In this document: piece by piece, positions 40,623 to 53,981 of the stretch
How positions within the stretch are numbered: the stretch's first letter is position 1
Layout: each line of letters begins with the position of its first letter
Source of the DNA: Octopus vulgaris
Lineage: Eukaryota
Assembly: GCA_951406725.2 (NCBI GenBank)
Contig: OX597815.1
Coordinates: forward strand, 49,228,001 to 49,292,000
DNA: 64,000 nt
Direction: 5' to 3'
The notes under the pieces: generated by a model
Seen by the model: only the letters and a program-made list of their open reading frames with translations
Databases searched by the model: none
Told to the model about the DNA's origin: nothing
Made by a program: the position numbers and the translations under genes

Positions 40623-40975
40623 CTCTTTTACTTGTTTCAGTCATTTGACTGTGGCCATGCTGGAGCACCACCTTTATTTAAGCAAATTGACCCCAGGACT
40701 TATTCTTTGTAAGCCTTGTACTTATTCAGCATCAGTCATCAAGCGATGGGGGGACAAACAACAAACACAGACACACAAACATATACACATACATATATAT
40801 ATACATATATACGATGGTCTTCTTTCAGTTTCCGTCTGCAAAATCTACTCACAAGGTTTTGGTCGGTCCGAGGCTATAGTAGAAGACACTTGCCCATGGT
40901 GCCATGCAGTGGGACTGAACCCGGAACCATGTGGCTGGTAAGCAAGCTACTTATCACACTGCCACTCCTATGCCT
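40623..40975 (-). mobile_element. SINE family A
   Basis: Reverse complement of family A with an internal deletion. Confidence 0.85.
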
Positions 40976-41278
40976 ATATGCACATATTACATATATAAAT
41001 GCAGGTATGCATACATTATATACATGCATCCATAGAAAGAATGAGTTTACATTTTTATTATACTCATAGTGAGACTTTCTAATATTTGAATTTATTTTCA
41101 ATTGTTTCTTTGAAATATATACTTTATATTTCAAATCATTTCCAACAACAAAATAATGCTGCATATTACATTACATGCGTGTGTGTTTTTAGTTATTTCT
41201 TTTGGATGAATCTGTCACTTTCTCTCTCTCTCTCTATATATATATGTATATTTGTCTATATACATGTGTATATATATA

Positions 41279-41677
41279 CTCTTTTTTACTTGTTTCAGTC
41301 ATTTGACTGTGGCCATGCTGGAGCACCACCTTTAGTCGAGCAAATCAACCCCGGGACTTATTCTTTGTAAGCCCAGTACTTATTCAATCGGTCTCTTTTG
41401 CCGAACCGCTAAGTGACAGGGACGTAAACACACCAGCATTGGTTGTCAAGCAATGCTAGGGGGACAAACACAGACACACAAACACACACACACACACATA
41501 CATATATACATATATACAACAGGCTTCTTTCAGTTTCTGTCTACCAAATCCACTCACAAGGCATTGGTTGGCCCAGGACTATAGCAGAAGACACTTGCCC
41601 AAGATGCCACGCAGTTGGACTGAACCTGGAACCATGTAGTTGGTAAGCAAGCTACTTACCACACAGCCACTCCTGCG

Positions 41678-41679
<2 letters not shown>
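41279..41679 (-). mobile_element. SINE family A, full length
   Basis: Ends in CACAGCCACTCCTGCGCC. Confidence 0.9.
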
Positions 41680-41736
<57 letters not shown>

Positions 41737-41739
41737 TTA

Positions 41740-42362
<623 letters not shown>

Positions 42363-42860
42363 TTATACACACACACACATATATATGTCAAAGATCTTCC
42401 TGATTCTTATTGACTCTGTTTTTGCATAACAAGCATTCTTATATGTATGCTTGTATGCATTTGCATTCACACACACACACACATATACATACATACATAC
42501 ATACATACATACATACATACATGTATGTATAGTCATGTTATCTCTTGAAAAAACTATGTAAAATATTAGTTGCTGTATTAGAACTGCACATCAGGTTGCA
42601 CATTTTGTGCATCTCAGCAAATTAGATTCTGCTTTGAAAATCTTTTGATCTTTTAATTTTCATTCAACTAATCATAAACAGTTGTGCTCACTGACGGAGG
42701 ACAAATAGAAATCTGGCACAAATTAAAAATTTGACCTAACTACATATCTCAGTTTCCAATTCTTCATATCCTCCCACTTATATAAACTTGCAAAGTATAT
42801 TGCATCCATGCACAACACACACACAATCACGTTTGAAGCAGTGTACAAATTTTATACATT

Positions 42861-43189
42861 CTTTTCTACTCTGGGCACAAGGCTTGAAATTTTGGGGGAG
42901 GGGCAGTCGATTAGATTGACCCCAGTACACAACTGGTACTTAATTTATCGACCCCCAAAAGGCAAAGTTGCCCACAAAGAACTAAACATAGAGGGGACAA
43001 ACAAGGACAGACAAAGGGATTAATTCGATTACATCGACCCCAGTGCATAACTGGTACTTAATTTATTGACCCCGAGAGGATGAAAGGCAAAGTCGACCTC
43101 AGCGGAGTTTGAACTCAGAACGTAAAGACAGACGAAAAACCGCTAAGCATTTCACCCGGCATGCTAACCTTTCTGCCAGCTCGCCACCT
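42861..43189 (-). mobile_element. composite family B SINE (two tail variants) within one TSD
   Basis: 17-bp direct repeat TACAAATTTTATACATT (42844-60 / 43190-206). Confidence 0.85.
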
Positions 43190-43219
43190 TACAAATTTTA
43201 TACATTAAGAAAAAGAAAA

Positions 43220-43778
43220 TAGTCAGGATTTAGATTAAAGCTATTTATTTATTTAGTACTTTCATCCTTTTCAGCTATTCGTCATGAATGATTCCTTATA
43301 GAAAATTCATACCTTTTCTATATATGTGGGTTAGTCAGGAAAAAGAAAAAAAAAAGCCTGGAGTTGTATTTGTTTCCTTTGGTTTTGGAAAGAGGATTCT
43401 TTGGGTGTGGTTATTTGAGGTGTTCTTTGTCATTTTGTGTCTATATTTGTGTTTATATGTGTGTGTAAGCATGAGTGTGTGGTGAATTTTTAAACAAAGA
43501 GAAAGAAAGAAAGAAAGAAAGAAGTGTTTTTTCTGGGGTGGTTGAAATTGACAAAAGATCAAGGTTAAGTTTTTTGTCAATTGCAATAAATTTCTTGTAG
43601 TTATTGTGACCAAATATTTTGGTCTATTTTCATGTTGCCCTGGTGTAGAAAATAGAATCTATGGAATTATTTTGGGAAGGCTTTTAAATGTGTGTGTCTG
43701 TGTGTGTAAATGTATGCATGTGAGAGTATGCATACGTATTCTGTGCTGGTTGTTTAAGTGAATTTTCCCAGTTATTTT
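43220..43778. repeat. solo copy of the repeat forming the 35.2-37.0 kb palindrome
   Basis: Colinear with 35200-35973 and ends at the same GTGAATTTTCCCAGTTATTTTA motif. Confidence 0.8.
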
Positions 43779-44342
43779 ACTAACAGTAATGGAAACATTA
43801 TTAATAATAATATCCAGCGGTAATCTGGTCTGGTTTCATTTGGGAAAGAAATTTTTTTAAAAAGGAATTTCTCATTTCACAGCTGAGGTATTCCTTTTGG
43901 CTCTGCAGAGGAAATTTTTATCCTCTCAGGATGCTGTTTTAACTATGTTGTATGTGGGATAAATTTAACAGAGATTATGAGGCCCAGCAGCAGCAGCTGA
44001 GGGTTTTGTTAGATTTTGTGGTTAGTTACAAAAAATGGGGATGATGATATGCAGGATTGTCTCTTTGATATGAGAGGTGATTCATTGTACTGGGACTGTT
44101 GTCATGTTCCCATGCAAGTGATGATCTCTAATAAAAAAGAAAAACTACCTACAGGGTTCCCATAACTGAGCCTACTTAAGTACTAGATGCATTGATTTCA
44201 TTATTCATGTAATTTTTTATCTTTTACTTATATCAGTCATCAAACTACAGCCATGCTGGGGTTCTGCCTTTAAGGGTTTAGTTGAATAAATTAAACCCCT
44301 GTACTTATTTTATCATTTTCTTTTGCTGAACAGCTAAGTTAC

Positions 44343-46373
44343 CGTTATAGTCCTTAAAATGTTGGATTATTATAATACCCACTTCAGTAGACCGTATACT
44401 TAGTAAAACCAGTAAAGACAAGACCGTCTCTGACCACCTACTACATACTCTGGTACTTTATGTACTTCTCTTTACTTATAGTGACTAGTTTATTCCATTC
44501 GTCATGTGAGAGGGGTGTACCATTATTACTGATTCCCTATGTCTTCCCTTTAAAGTTTTACTTAGGAAGTGTCATTTTATTTAGCAATAATTTTTTCATT
44601 TACCCCACCTTCATTTTTGAGGTTTTTTTGTACAATTTAATATTTTTTGTGCTTGGTTTCTACTTTTAGGAACTCTGTATGTTTTCTTTTCCTCTTCCTT
44701 GTACACCTGGGTTCAATCACCTGCAGTGGTGTTGATACTTGGAACATATACAACCATTTCATCAGTTACTCCAACTTCTTTAGTTTGCTTTCCATGAACT
44801 CAGAATGTTACACTACATACAAATTCACCAAAAAAAAAAAAAAAATTTTTTTCTCGTAACATCATGTGCTACCTTTTTTAGATTTAATTAATTTCGGCTA
44901 CCAACATATTTCCAGGGTTTTTTTGTTTGTTTATAATGGTGATATCACTTCCAGTGTCTAATTTCATTTTAACACTTGTATTTTTGATTTCCATTTTCAC
45001 GAATTTTCTCATCGTCATATTACCAAAATCTTCTGATGACATACTATTTATTCTTTTTCCTTTGTTCTGACATTTTGTCATCTTCGTTCTACAGTGCATC
45101 TTTATATATCTGACATTACCACAATGAAAGAACTCTGCTTTCTTAAATGGACAATTTTTCTCCAGGTGTATACCTCCACATACAAAACATGGGTTTATTT
45201 CCTGATTTTTGTCATGATTTTGAGAAAACACTTTATCTCTATTCTGTTTATTTCACACTTGCTTTACTTTGAAATAATCTCTATGTTCAATTTTCTCTGT
45301 GTTGTATCTTAATTTTAGCATCCTTTCACATTCTTCTGACACTTGCTGCAGCGTTGCATCCTGGTTTTGTTCCAGCTTACCAAGAATTCTAGTTCTAACT
45401 TCTGCATCCTTTTCAGCAGTTTAAAAATCAGGTATTTGAACATATCTGCCATTAATTCGTTCAGCTTAAACTTCTCGCATTCTCTTTTTACTCTACCAGC
45501 ATATGTGATGTAGTCGTCATCATTGTTTTTCACTATGTTCAGACACTTCCAATGTGTGCTGAACAATGAAAATTTTTCACTAAAAATTTTACACAAAATA
45601 TTTATTGTGTCATTAAAGTTTATGCCTGAAGGTTTTCTTGGGAGTACATATTTACTGTATTATTCATGTTCTGTTGCAGCCAGTTTTCTCAAGATTAAGT
45701 GAGTTTTCATCTTGTCGTCCCAATCTTTACATTCTTTTACGAAGATTTGCTTATATCTTCTGTAGTATGCTTCGTAGGTTACTCCTTCATCAGGTTTGTA
45801 TTTGAAGTCTGTTATGGAGTTGGTGACAGTCTGGCGAGAACACTTTTCCTGAGTTTCCTGATGACTTCATTAATTTTCAGCATTTGTTGCTGTGATAGTA
45901 ATTGTTCTTTTAGTTGTTGCTGTTGATGGTATTCAGCTGTTCTTTTAGCTGTAGCGATTGCTGTTATTGTTCTTTCAGTCACTGTTGTTGCTGTTTTTCA
46001 ACTTGAGCAAACTGGCCAACAGATTTTCCACAATTTTATGATTTTTTCCATAAAATTTGCACAAGAAAATCTTTTGTGAGTTTTTTAACACCTCATGAGT
46101 TAACACCTCAATTCTTTGTGAGTTGTTAATTCCTTGTAGTGTTTATTAATTCTTTGTGAGTTGTTTAAATCCTCATCACCACTGTTACTGCTAGATTGTT
46201 ATAATACCCACGTCAGTATACAGTATACTTAGTAAAACCAGTAAAGACATGACTATCTCTGACCACCTACTATATACTCTGGTACTTTATGTACTTCTCT
46301 TTACTTATAGTGACTAGGTTACTCCATTTGTCACGTAGGAGGGGTGCACCTTTATTACTAATTCCCTACAACG
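44343..46373 (-). mobile_element. internally deleted Ty3/Gypsy LTR retrotransposon
   Basis: ~190-bp LTRs at 44343-44541 and 46183-46373; PBS-like GTGGTGATGAGG (46171-46182, minus); PPT-like AAGGGAAGA next to the left LTR. 5-bp TSD GTTAC (44338-42 / 46374-78) inside a SINE. Confidence 0.88.
44884..46030 (-). pseudogene. Gypsy gag (zinc knuckles) and aspartic protease remnant
   Basis: CFVCGGIHLEKNCPF and a second degenerate knuckle, protease motif LDTGSDITII, gag-like YITYAGRVKRECEKFKL; stops and frameshifts present. No RT/RNase H/integrase core seen. Confidence 0.85.
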
Positions 46374-46667
46374 GTTACAAGAATGTAAACAAACCTTCAC
46401 CAGTTGTCAGCAGGCAAACACAAAGGAAAACACAAAGACAAACATACACATACATATATGCATAGACATGATGAGCTTCCACTCAGTTTCTGTGTACCAA
46501 ATTCACTCACAGTTCAGAGTTATAGTAGAAGATACTTGCCAAAGGTGTCTTGCAGTGGAACCTGAATCTGAAACCATATGACTACATTGAGAGCATCGTA
46601 ATCACACAGTCATGACTGCACCAGAAATAGTTCTCTGATAAAGGATGTTATATATTTGGCATTAGGA

Positions 46668-46891
46668 AACCCTTTTGATGCCAACCTGGCTGAAACTGCC
46701 TCTGGCTCTGTAGTACAAATGTCTTGTTTTCATAAATTTTGAATTAAAATCTTCCACCAAACCTTAGTCATAATTTATGTTCCTAACACTAGCTTAATGA
46801 TAAAGTTATTTTACTAAATTCTTAGTTATTTTTAAAATTAATTGAAAGAAACCCAGAGCATCTCAAATAAATACAGTAACGAAAGGGTTAA
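46668..46891. mobile_element. TTAA-type MITE, family M2
   Basis: AACCCTTTTGAT...AACGAAAGGGTTAA; homologous to 60124-60354. Confidence 0.65.
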
Positions 46892-46950
46892 GAATAAGCA
46901 AATATTCTGTACTTGTTTATTATAAACTGAGGTTTGCTTAGTCTTATGTT

Positions 46951-47158
46951 GGTTTCAAATTTTGGCACAAGGCCAGCAATTTTAGGGGAGGGTTAAGTCA
47001 GTTACATCAACCTCAGTATTCAACTGGTACTTATTTTATTGACTCCAAAAGGATGAAAGACTGAAAGACAAAGTTGACCGTGGCAGAATTTGAACTCAGA
47101 ACTGAAAAATTGCTTAGCATTTTACCCAGCATGCTAACAATTTTGCCAGCTTACTGTC
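46951..47158 (-). mobile_element. SINE family B
   Basis: Reverse complement of family B; CTTAGTCTT on both sides. Confidence 0.8.
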
Positions 47159-48048
47159 TTTACTTAGTCTTGTATTAAATGTGCAAATAAGGTTAAAATC
47201 ACCTCACACCTTGTTTATGAAGTATTGGCTACTTTGAACCTGTCATCACTCCATGTGCAAGATACTCTATTTCTAGTAGCATTAATGTACTTTAAGTATG
47301 TTTTTTAAAGCCTCAGTTCTGATAGAACATAACAATTTCAATTCCAGTTTTTCCTTTAAATTGAAATATCACACATAAGGTGTATAAACAAAATACCTGA
47401 AACTTAATCCATAGTTTCCTCATTTATCTAAAGAAATATCATTTATATCTATTAATAAAGAGATTTTACACAAAATTTACTTTACAAACCAAACATCCGC
47501 AGAGCCAGATTGAAATTAAATGTCTTCAGTTTTACTTCTGCCATCTTGACAGTTTTCTTTTCTTTTCCTTTCATAAAACTCAAGTTTCAACATGTGAAAA
47601 AAATGAATGAATACATAAATAAATAATAAAAGTAATAAAACCTTGAAAAAAAATATGGTCACTTCCTTTCAGTCAAGTGCAGAAACAGAAATATGGATGT
47701 GAAAATAAACTAGGAAACCCCAGAAATATGCCAAATATTTATGACCACACTAAATAACAAATTATTCTGTATATGCCTATATTAAGCAAAAACCATGAGC
47801 AACATCAGTAAAGGCAACAATTGATATGACACATGAGTCACTGGGTGTTTCTCTAAGATGTTGCTCAGCAAGCTAGAAACAGCAGCCAAATCACCTTTAA
47901 AAATGGAAGAACTCATTAAATGTCAGAAAAACAAGTTGGTCACAGCTGGAATGCCTTTAAACATAAATTTGTTGAATTAGGCTTAATCAGAGTTAATCCA
48001 TTAGTATTAAGATTACTCAGTCAAATGTAATGCTTATCTATTCACATT

Positions 48049-48470
48049 CATCATCATCATCACCATCTAACATCTGTTTTATATGCTAGCATGGATTGGA
48101 TGGCTTGACTGGAACTAGCAAGGCCAGGGGACAAACTGGGTGCCATAGTCCGTTTTGGCTTGGTTTTTACAGGTGGAACCCTTCCTAATGCCAACCATTT
48201 CACATGAGACCATCACCTTTTCACATCAAACCATCACCAGTGCCTTTCACGTGGCACCAGTATCCACACCAATGCTTTTTATGTGGCATCTTGGTTTTAG
48301 GATCTCAATTCTGTTGTAGTGGACATGTCTTCTCAAGTACAGCAAGGCACCACATATCTCAGTTCTTTGTCATCTCCTTTGAGATTGGCCTTCAGTACTT
48401 TGCCACATGTCTTCCTGGGTCTCTCTCTTCCACAATTTCTCTCCACTTTAAGTGATCAGCACTTTTAAGT
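48049..48470 (-). mobile_element. RTE-like ORF end joined to family C sequence
   Basis: Minus translation CGRERPRKTCGKVLKANL...DMWCLAVLEKT at ~48320-48435, followed by the family C body and (GAT)n tail. Confidence 0.65.
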
Positions 48471-48641
48471 GATGTTTTGAATTAATCATGTATTATTTTC
48501 TAGCTTCAAGATTTCAATTATGTGACTTTATTTTTAGAATGGCATTGTAGAATAGGAGTTAGAGATTCTATATCTAAGAGATGAGGAATTATGTACATTA
48601 TTTACATTTGACAGAAATTTGTCCTCATCTTGTTTGTTGTT

Positions 48642-48687
48642 AACACAACGTTTCAGCTGATATACCCTCCAGCCTTCATCAGGGGTC
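48642..48687 (-). ncRNA. hammerhead motif (family H1)
   Basis: Reverse complement GACCC CTGATGA A GGCTG GAGGGTATAT CAGCT GAAA CGTT GTGTT. Confidence 0.65.
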
Positions 48688-48891
48688 TTGGGGAAATTTC
48701 GAACCTGGGTTCTCATTCTTAAGGTATTTTTCGATGTTATTATTATTATTACTATTATTATTATTATTATTATTATTAATCGAACTCAGAATCTTGGGGT
48801 TAGTAGCCTGCAGTCTTAACCACTACACCATATGCTCATGGGCAATTATGGAGTGAATTTTAGGGCTTATAAATCTAATATTTTCCTATCC

Positions 48892-48942
<51 letters not shown>

Positions 48943-49003
48943 TAATAATAATAACATTGAAAATACCTTAGGAATGAGAATTCAGGTTTGAAATTTCCCC
49001 CAA

Positions 49004-49049
49004 GACACCTGATGAAGGCTGGAGAGTATATCAGCTGAAACGTTGTGTT
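49004..49049 (+). ncRNA. minimal type-I hammerhead ribozyme motif (family H1), best-preserved copy
   Basis: GACAC(49004-08) CTGATGA(49009-15) A GGCTG GAGAGTATAT CAGCT GAAA(49037-40) CGTT GTGTT(49045-49). Loopless palindromic stem III ACGT; predicted GUU cleavage after 49044. Confidence 0.75.
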
Positions 49050-49614
49050 AACAACAAACAAGATGAGGACAAATATCTGTCAAATGCAAATAATTTAAAT
49101 AATGTAGATCTGGCCAGTTTGAACATAAAGCAGGTAGAATATTTGGGCTGGGTTTGGGATGGTTTAAATGCTAAAGGATTAAACAGAAACTACGATAACA
49201 ATGAATGTACTGCATAAAGTATCAAATGAAACTGTTATAGTTACAAATAAATAAATGCTAACACATGCAGTCTATGTCTTCCTGGCTTAGTAGATATGAG
49301 CATAAAAGTTCTTGGTTCAAACCTAATCTTGTACAAGGCACCCATTCATGTATTAAGACACTTCATTAGCGACCATATCAATGGAAACAGTGTTTACATA
49401 TATGATTTTGTTATGTAATAATATTTGTAATTAAAGTTTAAAAAACACCATATGGAGATTAGTCAATATCTACACACTACACAAATATTTACATACATAT
49501 GGTTGTGTAGTTAAGAAGTTCACTTCCCAGCCATGGTATCATAGCCAAGTGCCTTCTACTTTGGTCTTTGTGAGAGAATTTGGTATATGGAAACTGAGAG
49601 AAGCCTGTCGTGTG

Positions 49615-49659
<45 letters not shown>

Positions 49660-49699
49660 TTATACATACACACATACACACAAACAAACACACACACAC

Positions 49700-49990
49700 A
49701 TATTTAGAAGATTGTTTCCTATGGTTTGAAGGAGAAAGACCATTGGTTTTGCACCTATAAAGCATTTAGCTATATAGGCAACTTGTCAGACTCAAATGAC
49801 TGGAGGCGCATAACCTCTCTACAACTGGAGCAAAATCAATGGTCACTCTCTAACCAGTTTTCCTCCCTCCACTTGTAGAGATGTTATGTACCATTTGAGT
49901 CTGTTGAGTTGCCTTATACTGCTAAGCACTTCATAGTCGTGAAACCAATGGTAACTTTCTAACTGGTCTTAACAAACAACCTTCTAAATA
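49700..49990. repeat. diverged inverted repeat, ~125-bp arms, ~35-bp spacer
   Basis: ACCATTGGTTT...CAGACTCAAATG...TCTCTACAACTGGAG pairs with CTCCACTTGTAGAGA...CATTTGAGTCTG...AAACCAATGGT. Confidence 0.7.
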
Positions 49991-50489
49991 TACTACAGCT
50001 CTAATGTTTTAGAGTGTGCTTCTTATTCAGATATATGACTGATACGTCCATATTTGTAAATGTTTATATTTAATACTTTTTTCCCTGTATTGTGTATTTG
50101 TTTCTTTTGCATCTGTTATTCATTATTGATCTTCTATAAAAATGAAGCTATATCTCTTAATTTGCTGCTACTTTATACACAAACTGAGGAGATATCTTGT
50201 GGAACAGTCTTTATTTTAATGTAAAACATCTTGTAATCACCTGAAGAGAAACATTTACATCAATGGATACTCTTAAACTGGTTGTTAAGTATCCCACCTA
50301 TGAGGGACCGATGTTATATAGATCAAAACAATTATAATGATTAATAAACATTCTCATATCTTCCATCTCTCACATTAATCAAATATATATATAATATTAG
50401 GGAGTATAACTCCAAACTTACAGGGAAAAATTCAACTTAGTATTAAATGAAATTTACAATATAAATATATTAGAGAAAAACCACTATTA

Positions 50490-51110
50490 TGGTGAAGGAG
50501 GTGGAGGTGGTGATGGTGGCAGTGGTGGCAATGGTCTGGTATTAGTGGAGGTGGTAGTTGTGGCAGTAGTGCTGGTTGTAATGGTGAGAGTATCAAATGT
50601 GATGGCGGTAGTGGTGGTTATGGTAGTTCAAGGGAGTGGCAGATGGGTTAGTGAGGGGAGTTGTGTTAGTGTCAGATTTGGAATAATGTAGTGGTGGCAT
50701 TGTCAATACTGGAAGTGGTAAAAAGTTGTGGTGGTGGTGGTGGTAAAAGTGGTGTGGTAGTGGTGAAGGTGGTGGTTGTGTTAGTGGTGGAAATGGTGAT
50801 GGTAACGGTGGTGTGGTAGTCATGGCTGTTGTGATCGTGGTGGTAATGGTGATGTTGATGGTAACGGTGGTGCTGGTTGTGGTAGTGGCAGTAATGGTGA
50901 CGGTGGTTGTGGTGATGGTGGTGGTAACAGTAGTGTGGTAGTGATGGTAGTGGTAATGGTGGTAGTGGTAGTGCTGCTGGTGATAATGATGGTGGTGGTG
51001 GTGGTGGTGCTGCTGCTGCTGGTTGTAATGGTGATGGTGGTGGTGGTGGTGACTGAGCTGCTGGTTGTAATGGTGATGGTGGTGGTGGTGACAGCAGCAG
51101 CTTTGGAGGT
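50490..51110. repeat. degenerate (GGT)n low-complexity tract
   Basis: Seen directly in the sequence; source of the Pro/Thr/His/Val-rich spurious ORFs. Confidence 0.9.
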
Positions 51111-51916
51111 GTGTGGCAAATTTTTATCAAAATGCTATCAGTTATGAAAAATAATGGCTTTTGAAAAGAACAAAAGAAGTGTAACCTTGATTGTCACTTG
51201 GGGTGGGGGAGAAGGGAAGGAAGTGGCTTTATTTCTTCAATTGTTCTCTAGGGTAGAGAGAAGGGGAGGAGGAGGAGGAAAAGAAAGATGAAAAGAAAGA
51301 GGAACTAATTTTTAGTGGTGGGGAGGGTAGTGTTGATGATGGTGAGAGCAGTAGTGATGGGAGTGAAATTCAAAATATGAAACAAATTTAATTCCTTTAT
51401 GAATGATGATAACGATGATGATGGCAGTGATGATGATGGTGGTGGTGGTCTTGATGGTGGGAGTGTCGAGGACAGCAATAATGATAAGGAAAAAACAAAC
51501 TAAGAGGATAGGGATTAGAAGGATATGGAGAATCAATAATAATAATATTAATAATGATAATAATAATAATAATGGTTTCAAATTTTGTCACAAGGGCAGC
51601 AATTTTGAGGGAGGGGATGAGTTGATCATCGACCCCTGTATTTAACTGGTACCTCTTTTATTGACCCCAAAAGTATGAAAGGCAAAGTCAACCAATAATA
51701 ATAATCCTTTCTATCATAAGCACAAGCCTGGCATTTGCAAGGCGATAGTCGATTTCATTGACCTCTGTGGTCAACTAGTATTTATTTCATTGACACTGAA
51801 AGGACGAGAAGCAATGTCAATCTCAGCAGAACATAAAAATGGGCAAAATGCTACTTAGCATTTTGTCCAACATGCTAAAAGTCCAGCCAGTTTGACACCT
51901 CATGTAATAGTAATAA

Positions 51917-51984
<68 letters not shown>

Positions 51985-52086
51985 TACCCAAATATATGGC
52001 ACAGAACTTCCAATCTGTTGTCTCTTGAGGTCTCTGGGTGAGACTTGGAGCCAACTTGTACAGACATAAAGCAAAAGTCAAACATA

Positions 52087-52124
<38 letters not shown>

Positions 52125-52126
52125 GA

Positions 52127-52670
52127 TGCAGTACCAGACAGTGGCTCTCATGGTTTCTGATCTTACTGATTGGAAGTGTTATCATGTACATTGTTTTATC
52201 TTAGTATAAAAGATGGGCTACAGCAAATATTCTGCTCACCACAGATTTGCTTGTTAGTTGTTTGACTTTAACCAGTTGAGCATGTCCCTTAGTGGTTGAT
52301 GATATGTGCACCTCTGATCACAAGCGGAAGTAGTCGGGGAGCATCATAGCTGTGTGTTGAAAGGAATTCTTAGAGGTTTGGATAATTCACCTTTGGAAAC
52401 ATGGGTGGTTCGTTCAACATCCTTAAACAATCCTTATTTGGAGACCTTTTGAGCTGGATGGGCTACTTGACCAGAAGAAAATTCTAACTGGGCCCCACCT
52501 GCAAGGTCATGCACTGTTTATCTTGATATGAGATCACCATGTCGCACACATGTGGTTGTGATGCATGTGCCTAGTGTACCCTTATCAGACGTGTAGTCAT
52601 GATGGGTATACTGGGCTTCATATATTTTACCCCAGTGTCACTTTGATGGCATGCACTGTTCTCTCACTCA
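52127..52670. mobile_element. unclassified ~540-bp insertion in (TAA)n
   Basis: Complex, relatively GC-rich block bounded on both sides by (TAA)n tracts; no recognisable ORF. Confidence 0.5.
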
Positions 52671-52678
52671 ATAATAAC

Positions 52679-52720
<42 letters not shown>

Positions 52721-52968
52721 CCTTTCTACTTTAGGCACAAGGCTTGAAATTTTGGAAGAAAGGGATAGTCAATTACATCGATTCCAGTACTCATCTCGTA
52801 CTTACCTTATTGACCCTAACAGGATGAAAGACAAAGTTGACCTCAGTGTAATTTGACTTCAGAATGTAAAGATGAACAAAATTCCACTAAACATTTTGCC
52901 AGGCATGTTAACAATTCTGGGAGCTTGCCACCCTATTAATAATAATAACAATAATAATAATAATAATA

Positions 52969-53016
<48 letters not shown>

Positions 53017-53429
53017 GTAATGGTTTCAAATTTTGCCACAAGGGCAGTAATTCTGGGGAAGTTGATGAGTTGATTACATTGACCCCAGAGTTCAGATGGT
53101 ACTTATTTTATTGGCCTCCTTGGCAGAATTTGAACTCAGAATGTAGCGATGGGCGAAATACCTATTTCTTTATTGCCCACAAGGGACTAAACATAGAGGG
53201 GACAAACAAGGACAGACAAAGGGATTAAGTCGATTACATCGACCCCAGTGCATAACTGGTACTTAATTTATTGACCCCGAAAGGATGAAAGGCAAAGTTG
53301 ACCTCGGCAAAATTTGAACTCAGAACGTAATGGCAGACGAAATACCGCTAAGCATTTCATACAGCATGCTAACAATTCTGCCAGCTCACCACCCTACTAC
53401 TACTACTACTACTAATAATAATAATAATA

Positions 53430-53700
53430 AGTACAAAATAGCCCAGAAAATGAAGATGGTGAAGATAGTGCCAATTATTGTTAGGTACTTGAAGACAGTG
53501 TCAGAAGGAATCAAAAGGAATATAAAGGAAATCAGAATAGAGTGACTCGTAGAGCTGATACAAAAGTTTTGCCTCCTTAGCAAGGCCAGAATAATCAGGA
53601 AAGTATTAGATAGTTGAAAAGAACAGATAGCATGGTACCATAGGCTGCAGGCAGCAAGCCTTCTATGCATGCAAGACACTGAGAGTTCTAACAAAACTTG
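53430..53700 (+). mobile_element. R4/Dong-type (restriction-like endonuclease) LINE 3' end
   Basis: MVKIVPIIVRYLKTVSEGIKRNIKEIRIE*LVELIQKFCLLSKARIIRKVLDS* (ends 53617) resembles the V.P.V.GALG...LQK..LLGTARILRKVL C-terminus; starts in (TAA)n. Confidence 0.7.
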
Positions 53701-53981
53701 AGTTAAAAAGAAAAAGAACAACAACAACAACAGAAAAACTAAGGGTTTACACCAATTTAGTTACTGAATTAAAACATTATGGCAGCTAAGGATTGTGTCT
53801 ATCATTCCATTTGTTATTGGCATATCTGTAATGATATGCAACCTTTTCTGTAAAGAAACTAACACTGACTTATAATTAAACACGCACTATCTCAGTATAT
53901 GTACATTAGAAATTCTGCTTGGGTATTGTCACATAGAAGTTGTTTACCTTGGACATATCTGTTAACCTTGAATAATTTTAT

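Larger units (their letters stand above)
48566..49104. mobile_element. family H1 element: full minus copy plus inverted second tail
   Basis: Minus copy with tRNA head 48566-48843, ~48-bp spacer, (AAT)n, then a plus-strand tail 48952-49104 without a tRNA head. Sits inside a TTAA-flanked MITE. Confidence 0.8.
47993..49182. mobile_element. family M1 MITE split by two nested insertions
   Basis: M1 segments 47993-48048, ~48474-48565 and ~49105-49182 reconstruct the 40116-40343 sequence. Confidence 0.75.

Noticed and set aside
50593-51147. Pro/Thr/His-rich ORFs resembling mucin or extensin
   Set aside because: Degenerate (GGT)n tract open in several frames, with no splice or domain support.
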